DNA from: Azolla caroliniana
Taxonomy: Eukaryota > Plantae > Polypodiophyta
Direction of reading: 5' to 3'
Assembly (NCBI GenBank): GCA_043228905.1
Contig: JBHGNT010000018.1
Location: 9,300,001 to 9,364,000 of the forward strand
Length of the DNA: 64,000 nt
The notes beneath the pieces are model-generated. The model did no database searches, was not told the origin of the DNA, and was given only the letters and a program-made list of their open reading frames with translations. Every line of letters begins with the position of its first letter. Positions within the stretch are counted from its first letter, which is position 1. The position numbers were made by a program, and so were the translations under genes. Positions 25,660 to 39,700 of the stretch are shown piece after piece.

Positions 25660-26402
25660 GACTCCTTAGCCAATTCATGCAAACTCCGCGAGATATCCAT
25701 TTCGATTGCGCTAGGCGAGTATTATGATACGTGAGCGGCACAATGGATTACGACGTTCTCTATGCATCGGCCTCACCAATATGACTTGAAGGGTACAGAG
25801 ACGCGGACTAGGCAGGCTACAAAACCGATCGGCGATCGACCTCCGTATTTGTCTTCTTGCTCGGTAGCAGAGCAATATCTTGGAGTAGTAAGACGCAGCA
25901 TACTGTCGCACTTTCGAGTACCAAGGCCGAATACAGTGACGCGACCGTAGCTGCATGTGAAGCCGTATGGCTCAAGAGGATTTTGAAGGATCTGGGTGTT
26001 CCCATCAAGGATTTGACTCCCATTTACTGCGACAACATGAGCACTATATATCTGGCTCGGAATCCGGTGTTCCACGCACGCACAAAGCATATCTAAGTGC
26101 ACTACCACTTCATTCGAGAGCATGTTCAGGCCAAAGATGTTGATCTTCTACACATCAACACAAATCTTCAAACAACCGACATCTTCACTAAGGCCCTAGG
26201 AGCCGACAAGCTTCGACAATTCGTGGTAGACCTCGGACTAACAATCCCTGACTTGCCAAGCTTGAGGGGGAGTACAAGCGAGAACCGACTACTGTCCAAA
26301 CCGGGTACGAGCCAAAGCAAACATCGAAGATCGTCCGAACGTGATACCAGCCGAAGCGGACATCAATCAAAAGGAACCGACCGAGTTGAGCTTGAGGGTG
26401 TG
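25660..26402 (+). pseudogene. Outer Copia RT C-terminus/RNase H and 3' UTR
   Basis: LLSQFMQTP, LGSRAISWSSK, VALSSTKAEY, IYCDNMSTIYLARNPVFHARTKHI, QTTDIFTKAL. Confidence 0.9.
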
Positions 26403-26853
26403 TGTTGAGAATCAAGCTCAACATAGTGCAACGTGTGAACAAACCTTTTGAGAATCCATGATTACTCAAAGGTCAAGAGTCACACCACTACTCTCTACAC
26501 ATTAACTATGTGTCATAGAATCATATTCTATGACACATAACTAATGAGTTACATATTCCCCATGAGTATGAGTCTTCACATTCCCCAAGAGAGAGAGTGG
26601 TTGTTGTAAGTTAATGAAGAGAGAGGGTGACTCTATATAAAGCACCCTCCTCATACTTCATACTAAGTCGGTTGTGACTCCTTGTTATGCTACATTTTGT
26701 AATTCTTATTCTACTTGTGAAATATACACCTTCTTGTTGAGTATTCCTTTTTCTATCTATCTTGTGTTCTCTCTTCTCTCCTCTAATTCCTCTCACACAT
26801 ACACATAACACACATCTCTTCGGCTACACAAGAATCACCATCGATTCTTTACA
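26403..26853 (+). repeat. 3' LTR of outer Copia
   Basis: Direct repeat of 11813-12243, followed by TSD GCTTG. Confidence 0.93.
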
Positions 26854-27301
26854 GCTTGCTTCTCGTCCAATAATTAGAAAATTTTGTTATGGAAGTTTAT
26901 CAATCAACGCATTGTGGATGTCTTTCTTCTCTAACTCCTGACATCTCCTCCACCTTGGAGGCCCACATGTTCATGGCCACAAACACCTATACCTCCAACA
27001 ACTAGTTGGCCCCTCCCCGGTTCATGCATCACTAGATGTTCTGTATAAAGAGAAGTGGAGTATAGCTCGGGATTGATCGGCTTGCTTTTCGCGTAGTGGT
27101 TAGAATTGTAATGGGAGTTATTATCGATCGACACATTCTATATGTATTTTCTTCTCAAACTCCACCCTTCCCTCATCATCTCATCATATCAAAGATGGTT
27201 GCTGCTATAGAAAGCAAGCTTGACCAAGAGAAGGGCATTTTGGGAAATAAGGAAAACCCAAGCGAGAGTTGGTTCGGTCATCATACACTTTTGCTTGTTC
27301 G

Positions 27302-27799
27302 ATGATGATGATGATGATGAACCCTTCTTCTGCTCGGATGATCTCCATCGCCATAGCTGCTGCTGCGTTACCTCCATCATCATCGTCGTCGCCTCTGCTG
27401 CTGCTCCACTCTGCCCTAGCCCTATCACCAGCAGTGAAGCAGAATCACAACACCCTCATGGCCTCAATCCCGCATGCCAAAAGCCCTTCCTCACCCTTAG
27501 TCCCTCCTCGTTCTCCCTCGGAGAATCAGATCACCGAAAAGAATAAGCCGAAGGAAGAAGGAGAGGAAGAAGAAGAGAAGAGAAAGGAAACGATTATTAT
27601 TCAACAAGAAGGCGAGAAATCTGCAGAAGATCTGATGAAAGAAGACGACTGTCTCGGTGAAGCTCCAGAGAAGCCATTACCTGGAGATTGCTGTGGAAGT
27701 GGTTGCGTTCGTTGCGTGTGGGATATTTACTTTGAAGAGCTCGAGGTCTACAACGCCAAGAAATCTGCTCTTGAAAACGCCAGAAAGCCTTCATCATAA
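27302..27799 (+). CDS. Oxidoreductase-like domain protein (Oxidored-like, OXLD1-like), 165 aa, possible organellar transit peptide
   Basis: C-terminal PEKPLPGDCCGSGCVRCVWDIYFEEL motif; Ser/Ala-rich N-terminus and acidic linker; start lies within an (ATG)6 run, so the exact Met is uncertain. Confidence 0.88.
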   Translation: MMMMMMNPSSARMISIAIAAAALPPSSSSSPLLLLHSALALSPAVKQNHNTLMASIPHAKSPSSPLVPPRSPSENQITEKNKPKEEGEEEEEKRKETIIIQQEGEKSAEDLMKEDDCLGEAPEKPLPGDCCGSGCVRCVWDIYFEELEVYNAKKSALENARKPSS

Positions 27800-28680
27800 C
27801 AAAGGTGAGAGATAGTCATTTATATACCTAATTTCCTTTTACTCCTTTGATTTGATTTTACCATGGACAAAAAATTATTGTTAAAGCTTCTCCATTTCTT
27901 TCTTTATCACTTACCAAGATTTATTCCTTTTTCTCCTATTTGATTTAAAGCAAAAAAATATACTTCAAAGCAGACAATGGATCTGCTGAAATGGTTGAGG
28001 ATATATGCATGAATTAAGCAAGACGGCAATATTATAAACGTCTTTGCTAGACGATGCACCTGGACCATTGCTGACACCAAACCATGTGACGTTGAAAACC
28101 AACCCTCCACTCAGTTATGCACGAAAGTTACCTTGCCTCTTAGCTATAGAGATAATAGAATTTGCTGAGCAGCTTTTCCTATATGTACAATGAATCCAAC
28201 GTTAATACGTTTATGTAATGCCGTCATAACCTGCCTGCCATGCATGGTTCCAACATATTCCCTAGATTCATGTGATTGCTTTGTTGCACCACATAGGTGG
28301 CATTAATGTTTTTGTTACTTCTGGGTTAACATTTGCTAGAATCCCACCCTCTTCATGTCTTTGTATGAACCAAGAAAACTATCCTTGAATTTGGTGAATA
28401 AAATGACTGGCTCTTTTTTGAGAGAAGATTGCAAATTCTTGCCAAATGTCTCCTATCCCCTATTTTAGAAAAAAGCTTTTCATACAGAATGAGTGGTTTT
28501 CTTCTCATCTTCCTCGAGACCTTGCCACTGATCTACCTCAGTAACCATGGTTGGTGCTGGTTGACTGTCAGGAACTACATTGGGGTTGCCAGTAGTTAGG
28601 TTCATGGAGGCAGTAAACGCAGTTTCCATATGTGTGGTATCTCGGATTTCCATTTCTACCGCGTTGATCTTAAGCAAGGG

Positions 28681-29078
28681 CATAATTTGGAGATTTCTAC
28701 TTTAACATCCCTGTTCCTCCTTGTCATGTATCTCAGTAGTCATATTTAGGGCTGTGGCAAAAGGAGATACTGACTGAATATTGACCTGGTTGACTGATGG
28801 GTGGACTAATTTGATTTTGTACGTGCGTAGTTACAGGTAAGTTCGCCAGCATTCCAATCTTGCTGGATTTGGCAGATTCGATCCATGGGTATTCCAAAAG
28901 CATGCAGACTTGTATTTCTGAATTCAATAATTTGTATATCGTAACCCTCTTTCTCAATCACAGAATAAAAAAACTGTAATGGGATTTTGAATTGAATAGG
29001 ATTATGTATGGTGAAAATATTGTATGGTAAACCATATATCTCTTCATCTATCAAAGGACTTAAGGTGAGTAGGAACAA
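28681..29078 (+). repeat. Probable donor copy of the 398-bp fragment duplicated at 24747-25144
   Basis: Direct repeat offset by 3934 bp; lies in unique-looking sequence downstream of the OXLD1-like gene. Confidence 0.9.
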
Positions 29079-29904
29079 ACAACAAAATTCGTCCTGACAA
29101 CAGTAAAATGTACAGGAAATGAGAGGCCATTAACCAAGGGAAATGCTCCACAGAGGCTGGTACAACGATCATCCATGTGCCCTCGATAGGTCATAGGCTC
29201 TTATAACTCCAAGGTTAATTCATGGAACAGATGCTCTAGGAGAAGGCTAACTGTAGGTGTTTTCATTAAGAAAACAATATGAACAATTACACCGAGGGTG
29301 GTGAGGTTTGGGTAGTTCTAGAATATGAATCACTTTTATTTAAAGCGATTTCACTTTCCACATCCAAGGACATGCCTGAGAGTATCATTGTACTGGCTAC
29401 ACTATAACTCACATATTGTCATGATTAATGGCCAGCCTAATTGCAGTACATCATTCATCTTGATGTATTGCAAGCCTTTTGGACCGTGGTGCATTAAATT
29501 CCTGCCAACTGGTCCCCCCCTGTGGCTGGCAGTTGTTGCAGCATAGCTATATAACGGAGGTATCCAGGCCAATAATATTCATCTGCCAGAGAGGAGTATT
29601 GTCTTGAGCATGCCATGAACAGTTGAGGGTTTTTCTAGTCATGTCCTAAGCGATGGTGTTGTTTAGGCTTGTCAGGTTTGGGTTACTGGATTTCTAATGT
29701 GTTACTCTCTCTTTCTCGTCAGTTGGTCAGTCAAGACAGCATTTTCTTCCATGGTGCATTAGTTCAGCGACGATAATGTTTTAAACAAAGGTGCCATATT
29801 AATATTAGAAACTTATTGTGTAGGTATTGCACTATTTATACAACATAGAGAGTCCTCGGGGCACTGAACGTGGGTGGGGGAATCAAGCTTAGTAGTGAAT
29901 GAAT

Positions 29905-30375
29905 AAAATGATTCAGTTCAAGCTCAAGTTTTTGTATATGGTTCGAACTTCGGTTTGAGCCTTTATCGGCTTAGCAGTTACCGTTTTAAACGATTTGAAA
30001 CAATGGTTTAAACAGTTTAAGGTTGACACTAGATTTTGTTTTGAACAACCTTTTAACTTTTAAGGCTAATTTTGTCATTTTAGGAAATCTTTGAAATTCT
30101 GTATTTTGGAAACAATAAATAAAAATCTGAATTTTGAACTAACTTGGAAACTGAAACCGAAACTGAACCTCAAAACTGTGGCCATCAGTTTAACAGTTTG
30201 AAAATCTCTAGAGCCGTTTGGTTTGAGGTTGGATTTTTGTAACAGTTCAGTTTGAATGGCTTTGATTTAAACAATTTCGTGGTTCGGTTTAAGTTTTAAT
30301 TTTTTTTAATTGGTTGGGTTTAAAACAGTTTGAGTTTGAGGCTCTTGAACCGAACCAAACCAAACCGTTGCCAAT
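29905..30375. mobile_element. Decayed non-autonomous DNA transposon (MITE-like) with GGTT/AACC subterminal motifs
   Basis: Dense ggttcg/aaccg/ggttt motifs ending aaccgaaccaaaccaaaccgttgcc; no TSD resolved. Confidence 0.4.
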
Positions 30376-32224
30376 TGTTAATTGCTACAGTGTGTTTTTA
30401 ATATGTTTTTGGGGTTGATTGGTTTATTGCCCTTGTCTACTGCTTCTCACCTTGTTGGTGACCCTGTTATAGTTAGCTGATGGAGTGGTTGACTTGTCCC
30501 AGTTCTTGGTTGGATTCCTAGAACTTTTATATTGCAAACTCCATCCAAAGACCAATGCTTTGGAGATTGAAGAGCATTCGACCAATAAGGCTACGTCATG
30601 TTCACCAATCAAGTCCTGGAAGTTCATTGAGGTGAACTCTTATATGTCTCTGACCATTTGCTTTATTGCTCCCTGCTTTTTCAGCAAGACGATACTTATA
30701 CTTGGAATCTGTTTAAATATATTTATTTATTGGGGTTTGTGACTAACCTCAGTGTTGTACACAAACACCTGACATTATGGCACCACATCTACTATGGTTT
30801 ATATTTTGCAGAGTAGCACAATGATGTCGGATGGTGAACAATGGTCAGAAATAAGTAATGCAAGAACACTGATAATGATGTACATTCATTGTAAATTTCT
30901 GAAGGTTATTTAACCTTGGAAATAACATTTGGTTATTTAAACCACTCAAATAATTCGTATATCCGCATGTACAATATAATGCCTAAGGGGCAGGGTTTGG
31001 CCATAAATTTACAATGTTGACCTTTGTGTTTATGCTTGCTTAGGTAATTTGGTATACAAAATCAAATGTCAGATTAAAGGCTACAGGAGGTCAAGGTAGT
31101 ATGAGAAGAAATTGCATGCTTTAATGTCATATTTTCTTCCTCATGCACCTATTCATTCTAGCCACTCCTTCAGGGTTGTGCTCTTGAATCTCTTCCTCTT
31201 AGGAATCTTGTCTTGGCTATGTTGGAGGGTATGTTGTGTCAAGTGGAATTGAATTTATGTTACAAATGGAATGAATACCTTTTATATTATGAATGGAATG
31301 ACTGCCAATTATGGGAAATGTGAACGTAATATCATTGGGCAAATGAAAGGTTCATTTAAGGATGTGCCATTTACGTTTTCTTGAAGTCTGAAAAGTACCC
31401 CATGAATTCGAGCCTGTGATTGATTTGAGAAGAAGAGGACATGTTGTAGTGTGCAATGCATGTTCTGTGAGCTCATTTTCGAGGTCGAAAAACATTTCTC
31501 TTAAGGGGTGAATGATCCTGGGGCGTATATACTCCATTGAAAAATATTTCTTTTAAGAGGTGAATGATACTGGGACATATATACTCCTAACTTATGCATG
31601 TTACTCAGCCATACTGAATTAGATGGGTCATGATGCTGCTGCTGTATAGGGGGTAAATGTATAGCCATTAGGTTTTGATTGTGAAGATGATGGTGTGGTA
31701 TCTAGGAGTATTTGGCTTGAGTGAGCCTGTGGACATGTTTCATAATGTATTATGTGCTAAGATGGTATGCATTAGTCACAACTCACTCCCAAATTCTTTT
31801 GTCCAAGAGTAAAATGAAAGAACCAATCATTCTTTGTAGAATGCCTTGGGGCATACACAAATAAATATTGGCAAGCATCAATGATCATACATGTAAATAA
31901 ATGATAGAAGAATAGGCAATAGATGCAAAACTCATATATGCACAATATGTACTTATTAATCAAAATAAGCACCATGTGTTACACACGATTTGGCAAATCC
32001 AAATAAAGGCCATGATGATCATGTGATGGTTGATGCATTGCAATTGTCACGTTTGTCTGAAGCACCACAATAAAATATTAAATGATGGAAGGAAGTAAAG
32101 AACAAGGATGTGATCACTTCAGGTGATGCCAGTAGCAGTCTAGCAATGGCTATCCATTCATGGGGGGTCGAAGAAATATGTAGACATATTTAGTTTAGAG
32201 AGGGAGGGAGAGGGACAAGAGATA

Positions 32225-32415
32225 GACACATACTGATACATATATGTACATACATATATACGAACATACATATAGATGTATCATGTATGTATGTATGTAC
32301 ATATGTATATGTATCTGTCTATATATATACATATACATACATACATACATATATATATATATGTATATGTATATGTACATTGTACAGTATATAGAAAGAG
32401 AGGGAGGGGGAGGAG

Positions 32416-32450
<35 letters not shown>
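32225..32450. repeat. Compound microsatellite, (TA/CATA/TATG)n and (GA)n, upstream of the DUF538 gene
   Basis: Directly visible simple repeats. Confidence 0.9.
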
Positions 32451-32455
<5 letters not shown>

Positions 32456-32480
32456 CAGAGCAGAGCAGAGAAGCAGGGAA

Positions 32481-35142
32481 ATGGAGAGCATTCTGACGAA
32501 GGCGAGCAGCTTCCTTCTTGCACGACGAGCGAAGCAAGAGTTCTCATCAATGGGCGATGATGTCAACGTGCGTAAGAAGAGAAAAACGGAAATCACCCTC
32601 ACACGCACCCACATCGATGAATTCTCACTTCCTATCTCTCCTTTTTCTTAGCGTTCTTTGCTTTTTCGTCTCATTTCTGCATAGAGATCAGAGGAAGAGA
32701 GCAGAAAAAAGAAACACGCAGAGATCGAGATAGATCGATTTATTAACTGATTTTCTTAAGCCAAATGGAGATCTTCAGTCTAAAATTTAGTGATATTGGT
32801 TTGCCTCACATGGATGATCCCAGTTTAATGGAAAGTTACTCTTCGTTATGTTTTTCATGAGATCTAAGCCCCAAGTTTAGTGGAGCGAACTACAATTCCC
32901 TCATGTTAAGAGTAATGAGGAGAAACGAACTAGTTTTTCATGTATATAAAAATAACAAAAATCCAGTTTTTATATGATGAAAATTAACATTCTTTGCCTG
33001 AAACTTTAAGGTTTGCATCATTTATTCTAACTAATTGATATGGAATATATTCAGTTTCTTTGTTTATAATTCAGTTTCTTCTAAATTCTGTTTATAGGCT
33101 TGTTAGTTTATGCTGATTAATTCACATAGTGTGCTATGATGGGTTTTTTGTGTTGTAATGTTGAGTCTAGCTATCTGTGATGGGTTTTCCCTATTCTTGT
33201 TTCTATTGTAATGGTTTTTTTATGCATTGTTTCTATCGTCATTTTGAGTATAGTTTGGTATGATGGGTCATTTCTATTCTCAATTTGTTGCAGGCATTGT
33301 CTGCTAGTGTTGAGGAAGGAGCCAAACAGTTGTTTAACAGATTAAGAGGTATTATTCATTCCTATTTCAAACTATATAGGGATTCTACTTCAGATTAAGA
33401 GGTATTATCCATTTGTGTTTCAAATCATAGAGGGATTCTACTTCAATGCATTCCTTTGAAATTCTCTCGATCACTGAAATTTATATTTATCAGTTTATGT
33501 TTGTTGTTTATATAATGAATCATCGTATTTTAGAGTTTTGTGTTAAAGAGACACATGATGTATTCTATTCATGTTTAGTTTATCATTTGTTAAAAGCGTC
33601 AGCTGAAATATATTGTGGTATTCCAGTTGATCCGTATTCGACCTAAGATATCAACTGGAATATCAGAATATGTTTCAGATATTTGACTTAAGCTGAAATA
33701 TATTCTGGTATTCCAGTTGATCCGTATTTGAATTCAGATATCAACAGAGAGGTTGTTTCATGTGGTAATTGATGGTGGGAAGCATTTCAAACAGCTTCAC
33801 ATCATAGCGTGAGATACTCCTCATCCTCACTCACATGATTAGGGCAAGTGCTTATGCAGTTTGCTCTAGCAAGTCCTCTTCAAGCTCTGTTCTCAATATC
33901 AAGATCATGACAGAGAATGCAGAGGTTGATTGCCCTTCTCTTGTTGAATGGGTTCGGTGTGAGGTATGGTTGGATGCATCCCTGATATCCTTGTAGGTAT
34001 CCCACTATGTTGGGTTAATATGAGTGTAATAGTATTGCAACTTGCTTTTCTTGGCTGTGTCTCCATCAATGAAACATGATTTAATGTCTGTTGTAATTGT
34101 ACCATTGTTTTGTAGTTCAAGTAGTGTCACCACATTCCGTCTCTTAAACCATTTGCTTGTGTTCTCTGCTAGAAGAAAGAATTGTGCCTTTTATTTCTTC
34201 CATGTTTTGGTGCTAAAGCCTAATATCCAAGCTAGTATTGATTGGTAATGTGGCTCCATGTCCTTTTCATTTTGAGGCCCTCTAGTTTGATGGGTTCCAC
34301 TATCATTTCCAGGGCATTGCCAAATATGGCATGGCTGTAGGAATATATTTTTTGTATCTTTCAATGTCCTTCCATCTAGGAAGGGGTACTTTTCCTTCCC
34401 ATACTTCCACATCAGATAGCAGCAATGTAGCAAAATATCGTATCTTCCATCACTAAAGGTTATCTAAATTGCATTTCTATTCAAATATGTAGTAGCTTGG
34501 CTGACCAGCTTTCAATCAATGTCTTATGCCTGTGCTACAAACTTCCCATGAGAAGAGCATGAGAGAGAGAGAGAGAGAATGTGTTTATATACTTATATAT
34601 CTCAACCTCAGAGGTCAAATATGACCTATGGAACCAAAAGTGAAGTATTTTACATAATATGTTCGGATTTGAGTAGTGTCTCTCAATGTTCAAGAAATTT
34701 ATGAGATAAATAAATAATATATTATAATAGATATAGATACTATGTATTTATATCAAGATTGATTGCAGGCAAGTATCAAAAACCACTACCAGAGCTATTG
34801 GCATCATATGGGCTGCCAAAAGGTCTCTTTCCCAAGAATGCAACACACTATGAATGGGAGGAAGAGACGGGAAAATTAACTGTATTTATACCTTCAATTA
34901 TGGAGGTGGGATATAAAGACTCCTCGATAGTGAGGTTTGCTGTGAAAGTGACATCAACCCTTTCACAAGGAAAGCTTATGAATATAGAAGGAATGAAAAC
35001 AAAGATCTTAATGTGGGTGAAGGTGACTTGTATTACAACAGAGGCCAACAAGAAAGTCATTTTCACCGCAAATGTGAAAAAATCTAGGCCTTGGGAGGCT
35101 TATGACGTGCTAAGAGATGGGATTCAAGCTGAGGCGTTTTAA
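32481..35142 (+). CDS. DUF538 family protein (At5g01610-like), 171 aa; exons 32481-32567, 33294-33348, 34769-35142
   Basis: [29 protein letters not shown]|[19 protein letters not shown]|[29 protein letters not shown]...EVGYKDSS...[12 protein letters not shown]...; GT-AG introns; 87+55+374=516 nt. Confidence 0.93.
33601..33745. repeat. Intronic hairpin with a duplicated arm
   Basis: ctgaaatatattgtggtattccagttgat ... atcaactggaatatcagaatatgtttcag, then a further direct copy of the left arm. Confidence 0.75.
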
Positions 35143-36714
35143 TGGCAGACTATGGTTTCACAAGTTTCCTGTTTTGAGGTCATGCATTTACTGTGTGTAA
35201 AAATCTAATGTAGCATTATTTGTCAAACATCATACAATGCTCTTCACGTGGCATACTACATATTTCTTACATATTTTGTGGACTAGGGTTCTTATTCCTA
35301 TGTTGGATGAGGAGTATATTCAAGATCATCAAAATGTTCATATGGAAGGTGTATGGAACCTTCTATCTTGAAGAATATTTTTAAAACATTGTCATACATG
35401 CTCATTGGCTTGTGTATGCATTGACTTATAAAAAGCTTAATGGTCTGGCCGATAATAGTTAATGTTTGGTTTCATATTTTACTAGTTAGCTGGATTGGCA
35501 ATTTTTATTAGGATAAGCATAACCATTTGCACAATCATTGTCATAAGGTTAATTTTGCAAAATGGTGGTATGCATGTTTTGTGTGGTTAAGATGACAATT
35601 GGCAAAGAGAGAGACTTACCTATAGTGTAGCATCATCAACAAAGTGACATTATTTCTTTCCCCCTAAGATAATTTTGCCATTTGAATGTAAAAGAGGAGA
35701 ATATTTTACTCGCAAAGACCTTTTATGTGACACCTGAGCTTGTTTACCATAAAAACAATGATAACAATGCTCAAAATCAACATAAAGAAAACTTATATTC
35801 CAATTTGACTCATGTGTCCCAATTGGCCATGTTCAGAGAAACACTTGTTTGCTTGGTTATGGCAACAACATTGTCACTCATGCTAGATATATGGAGGGTA
35901 TACAAAGTATCACTTTTACAACCCTTGGATGTTGTACATGTTGAAGTGTGAAGACAAAACCATATTGAAAGTCCAATTGCACAATGACAATACCCACAAT
36001 GGCACATGCATAGTTGTCACCAAGATGGACAACATGTTGACCCCTTGGATAGTGAGAAAATCACTCACAATGAGGAGTCACGTAAAAATAAGCTACTGAT
36101 TTGAGAATTCAAGTGTTAGGTTGACTTTCTTTTATCTATCCTTTGCTATTGTTTGTCTGTGCCTTTTGTTTTCTCTTTCTTACATTTGTAGCAATCACAT
36201 TTAAACTGACCCTTCTTGCCACAATGATGGCATTTTACATCGTTATTGTGTGATTTTCTTCAAGCTTTGCTATTACATTCACCTCGCTGTTGTCACCTAC
36301 CCCTAGTATGGAAAATAGTAGAGGACTTAGTGGATGCGTTAATTTGCCAATTCATCTCCTCCAATGAGTAGATCAGAATCACTACATCAGTATGTAAAAG
36401 CATTGCATGTGAATTGCTCATGGCAATACTAAATATATCCTAGCTCTCTAGCAAAGTGCAAAGTAGAAATATATCCTTAAAATCAACATCAATGATTTTT
36501 TTTAAGGCAACCACTTGTTTGAAAATGGAATTGAACTCACTCAAGTGAGTTGACATGGGTGTGCCCTCAGTAATACGCAAATCCATAAACTTTGGTAGTC
36601 GCACTCTTATGGGTATACAATTTGTGTAGTCTAGTCCCTATAGCATTGGGCAAAGTGCAAACCTTGATTGTTAAATAGCAAGGCATTAGATACTAATAGC
36701 TCAATGGTTTAGCA

Positions 36715-39700
36715 CAACGTTGGGCAAAGTCCCAGGAACAATGTTAGCGTTCTGGTTGGGTTGGGACTTTTGCCGGCCAAGGTGGGGGACAACCGGAATT
36801 GATTCCGACCAAGTTTTCCTACCAACCAGAATCTAGCTAGTTCATATTGTTTGAACCGGCTATTTATATAGTTTATGTAAAAGATAAAGGTAAAAAAGAA
36901 AAGTTCTTAGGTATGCTTCTTGTCTTTCCCCTTTTTTACCCCCTTTTATTGTTTTACTTTCCCCCTCTTTTTGTTTTTCTCCCTCTCTATCGTCTGATTT
37001 CCTGCTCGCTACTCCCGAGTAGTGTTGGGCAAAGTCTCTAGCCCATACCGGAAATTTTCCTGCTTCTCATAAACCTAACCGGAAATTTGAAATTTTAGCC
37101 AGCCACGTCCCTACCAACGACAATGTCAACCAGAACATGTTGAATTTTTTTTTTGGTCATACACTAAAGAAAAAAAAAAGAAAAGCGCAATACCAAATCA
37201 AATCAATCACAAAATTTTGGATCCCAAAATCTAAAGATATATATTTACTAAAAAAAATTCTAACTTTTTAAATAGATTTCACTTTTCAAAACTTTGTAAA
37301 CTAGCATTAACAACATATTAGATCAAATTAGATCTAGTATATAGAAAGTTCCAAAACAAAATCGATCAAATTTATAAAGTTTCAATCTATATCTTCTATG
37401 AAGTCCTTGATGTCATCATCCTGCTCATGAGAAGTTCCTGTAAAAATACGAGGATATGCCTTGCTTTCTCGCCACAACAAAATGCTAGCACTAAAGTCAT
37501 GTTCTTCTAGTTCCGGTCCTTCAATAGAGATTCGTATCGATGCAACAACCACATTCCTTTTTAACCTATTTCTAAACTTATTTTATATTAGATTCTGGCG
37601 ACTAAAGCCTCTCTCACATGCTTTAGAAGTTCGGGTAGCTTTTCTTTCCTCACATCATTACAATTTATCATACCCCAAACATCTAAGAAATCTCTTCCAA
37701 GCCATTCCGTAGTGGCTTGCCTTTTGAAAATTGCATATTCATCATACAGTTTATCATTGTCAATTATGGGAGAAAACGCTTTCCCATCTATCATTTTTTG
37801 AATTTCATAACAATTTCCAAGTGTTTTCAACTCATTAAGACCCATAGTTTTTTGTGCTAAAATGCATGTAGATCCGGTAGACATGCTCATTGGTGATAAC
37901 ATTTTCAACGCGGAAAGAGTCAACGGATCTTGAAGCCTTTTTTTATTGTCTCTATTAATGCCTTAGAAAACAAAGTTTGGAATCGTATGACTTCAATTAA
38001 GTCCTCACCATCAATACATCTATCCATGAGGATGCTTTTATACATATTACCTTTTATAGCATCTCGTAAAATTGAAAGCATTCCTTTTTCTCTACCATAT
38101 TCTGGAATAATTGGATAATTATAGCTATCCTTCTCAAAACCATTGAGATCCATCATAACATGATGTAGAAATTGTTTTGAACTATCTCCCCAATGGCTAT
38201 CATAGCCAAACCTCCAATGCATGTCACATCCACATATTCCTTTTGGAATTCCATACTTAACATAGACATGATCTTAAGTACATCTGCAAGGAAGTGAAGC
38301 ATATACATTACTTTGAAGTTTCTTAAACTTAAGAATACATTGTATGCATCACTTTGCAATGACAAAGTCTTCATCAAGGGTTCATACACATTGCATACCC
38401 TCATGATAGCACCATGCCAACTAAGCCATCGTGAATGTGTGTATTCTAATGCATCTTGCATCTTAGTTAATTCACCTTGGTGCATTGAGCTCCTCGAGAA
38501 ATGTGCAACCACTTGATTCACAAGGGCATCTAACTGCTTGCATGTTTCTTTGACTTTAATGTTCTTTGAAGTCTCTTGCACACACAAGTTTGTTCGATGT
38601 GCACAACAATGTAAGGAAGTCATAAGTGGATTATATGACTTCAATCTTGTAGCAACACATGTAGACATACCTACCATAACAGATGCTCCATCAATTCCAA
38701 ATCCCATCATTTTTCTTACATCTAGGTTCCACTTTTTTAACAATGCTAAAATGCTTTCTGTTATTGTGTTCGATGTACCATCCTCTACTTCAAGTACCCC
38801 CAAATAAGAGGTTCTTACTTGCCTTCCTTCCACAAATGTAGCGTAAAGGAGCAAGTTCTTGGTTACGCTTACATCGGTAGCTTCATCTACCATAAGCCCA
38901 AACCAAGGACTTGTCCTCACCCTATCATATGTCTCGGCTTCAAGAGCCTTACTAATGTGCAAGATAAAGCTTGCACAAGACTTATTATCATTATACATTC
39001 GTGGAAGGCCTTTCACACCACATTCTCTTAACAATCATAAGAGGCTTTCCAATTTTCTAAATGCCAAATCCTCTTTAGCTATAAAATATGCACATTTAAA
39101 CAATTTTTCAATTGCTACATCCACACTAGCTTTTATCTTTGATGCACATTTTTCAAGACCATTCTTGTCTCGTTCTTGGAATAAAATGGCATCTTGATGA
39201 GCCACACTTCTTGCATGTTCTTCTAATGTAGAAGTCTTAAAGTTTTTGGCACCCGTTTTGCCAAATGAAGACTTACAATGAGGATCACTCCTACAATAAC
39301 TACACTATAAAAGACCAGTTTCCAAATCCTCTTGAAGTCACTTAAATTTAATAGGCCAATCTTCTTGACATTTTAGTTTGGCCTTACTAATTCTATTCAT
39401 CTCATGAAATAACTTGTGAGAGGGTTGATGGTCCTTTATAGGCTCTTCTAGCACATCTTCATTGGAAGATGACAAGTTTTTCCAAAAACTAGGCATTGTA
39501 AAGAGATTGATTTGCTTTCCTTTGCCTTTCGTATTTTTGTTGTGGGACATTCTGTAACAATATTGTAGAGTACATTGGACTAGCATAATCTATGGATTCC
39601 ATTTAAAAGAAAGGGAAACATACATACACAATCCATGTTTTCTAAAAAGAATAAGCAAATTAAAATACCTGGGATATATGGAAGATTACGAGGCAATAAA

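Larger units (their letters stand above)
11813..26853 (+). mobile_element. Ty1/Copia LTR retrotransposon (outer element, decayed, carrying nested insertions)
   Basis: LTRs 11813-12243 and 26403-26853 (TG..CA); 5-bp TSD GCTTG on both sides; degenerate Met PBS TGATATCAGAGC at 12244; gag-pol in three pieces. Confidence 0.95.

Noticed and set aside
32195-32651. Overlapping Y/I/M/C-rich ORFs
   Set aside because: Microsatellite translations; only 32481-32567 is coding.
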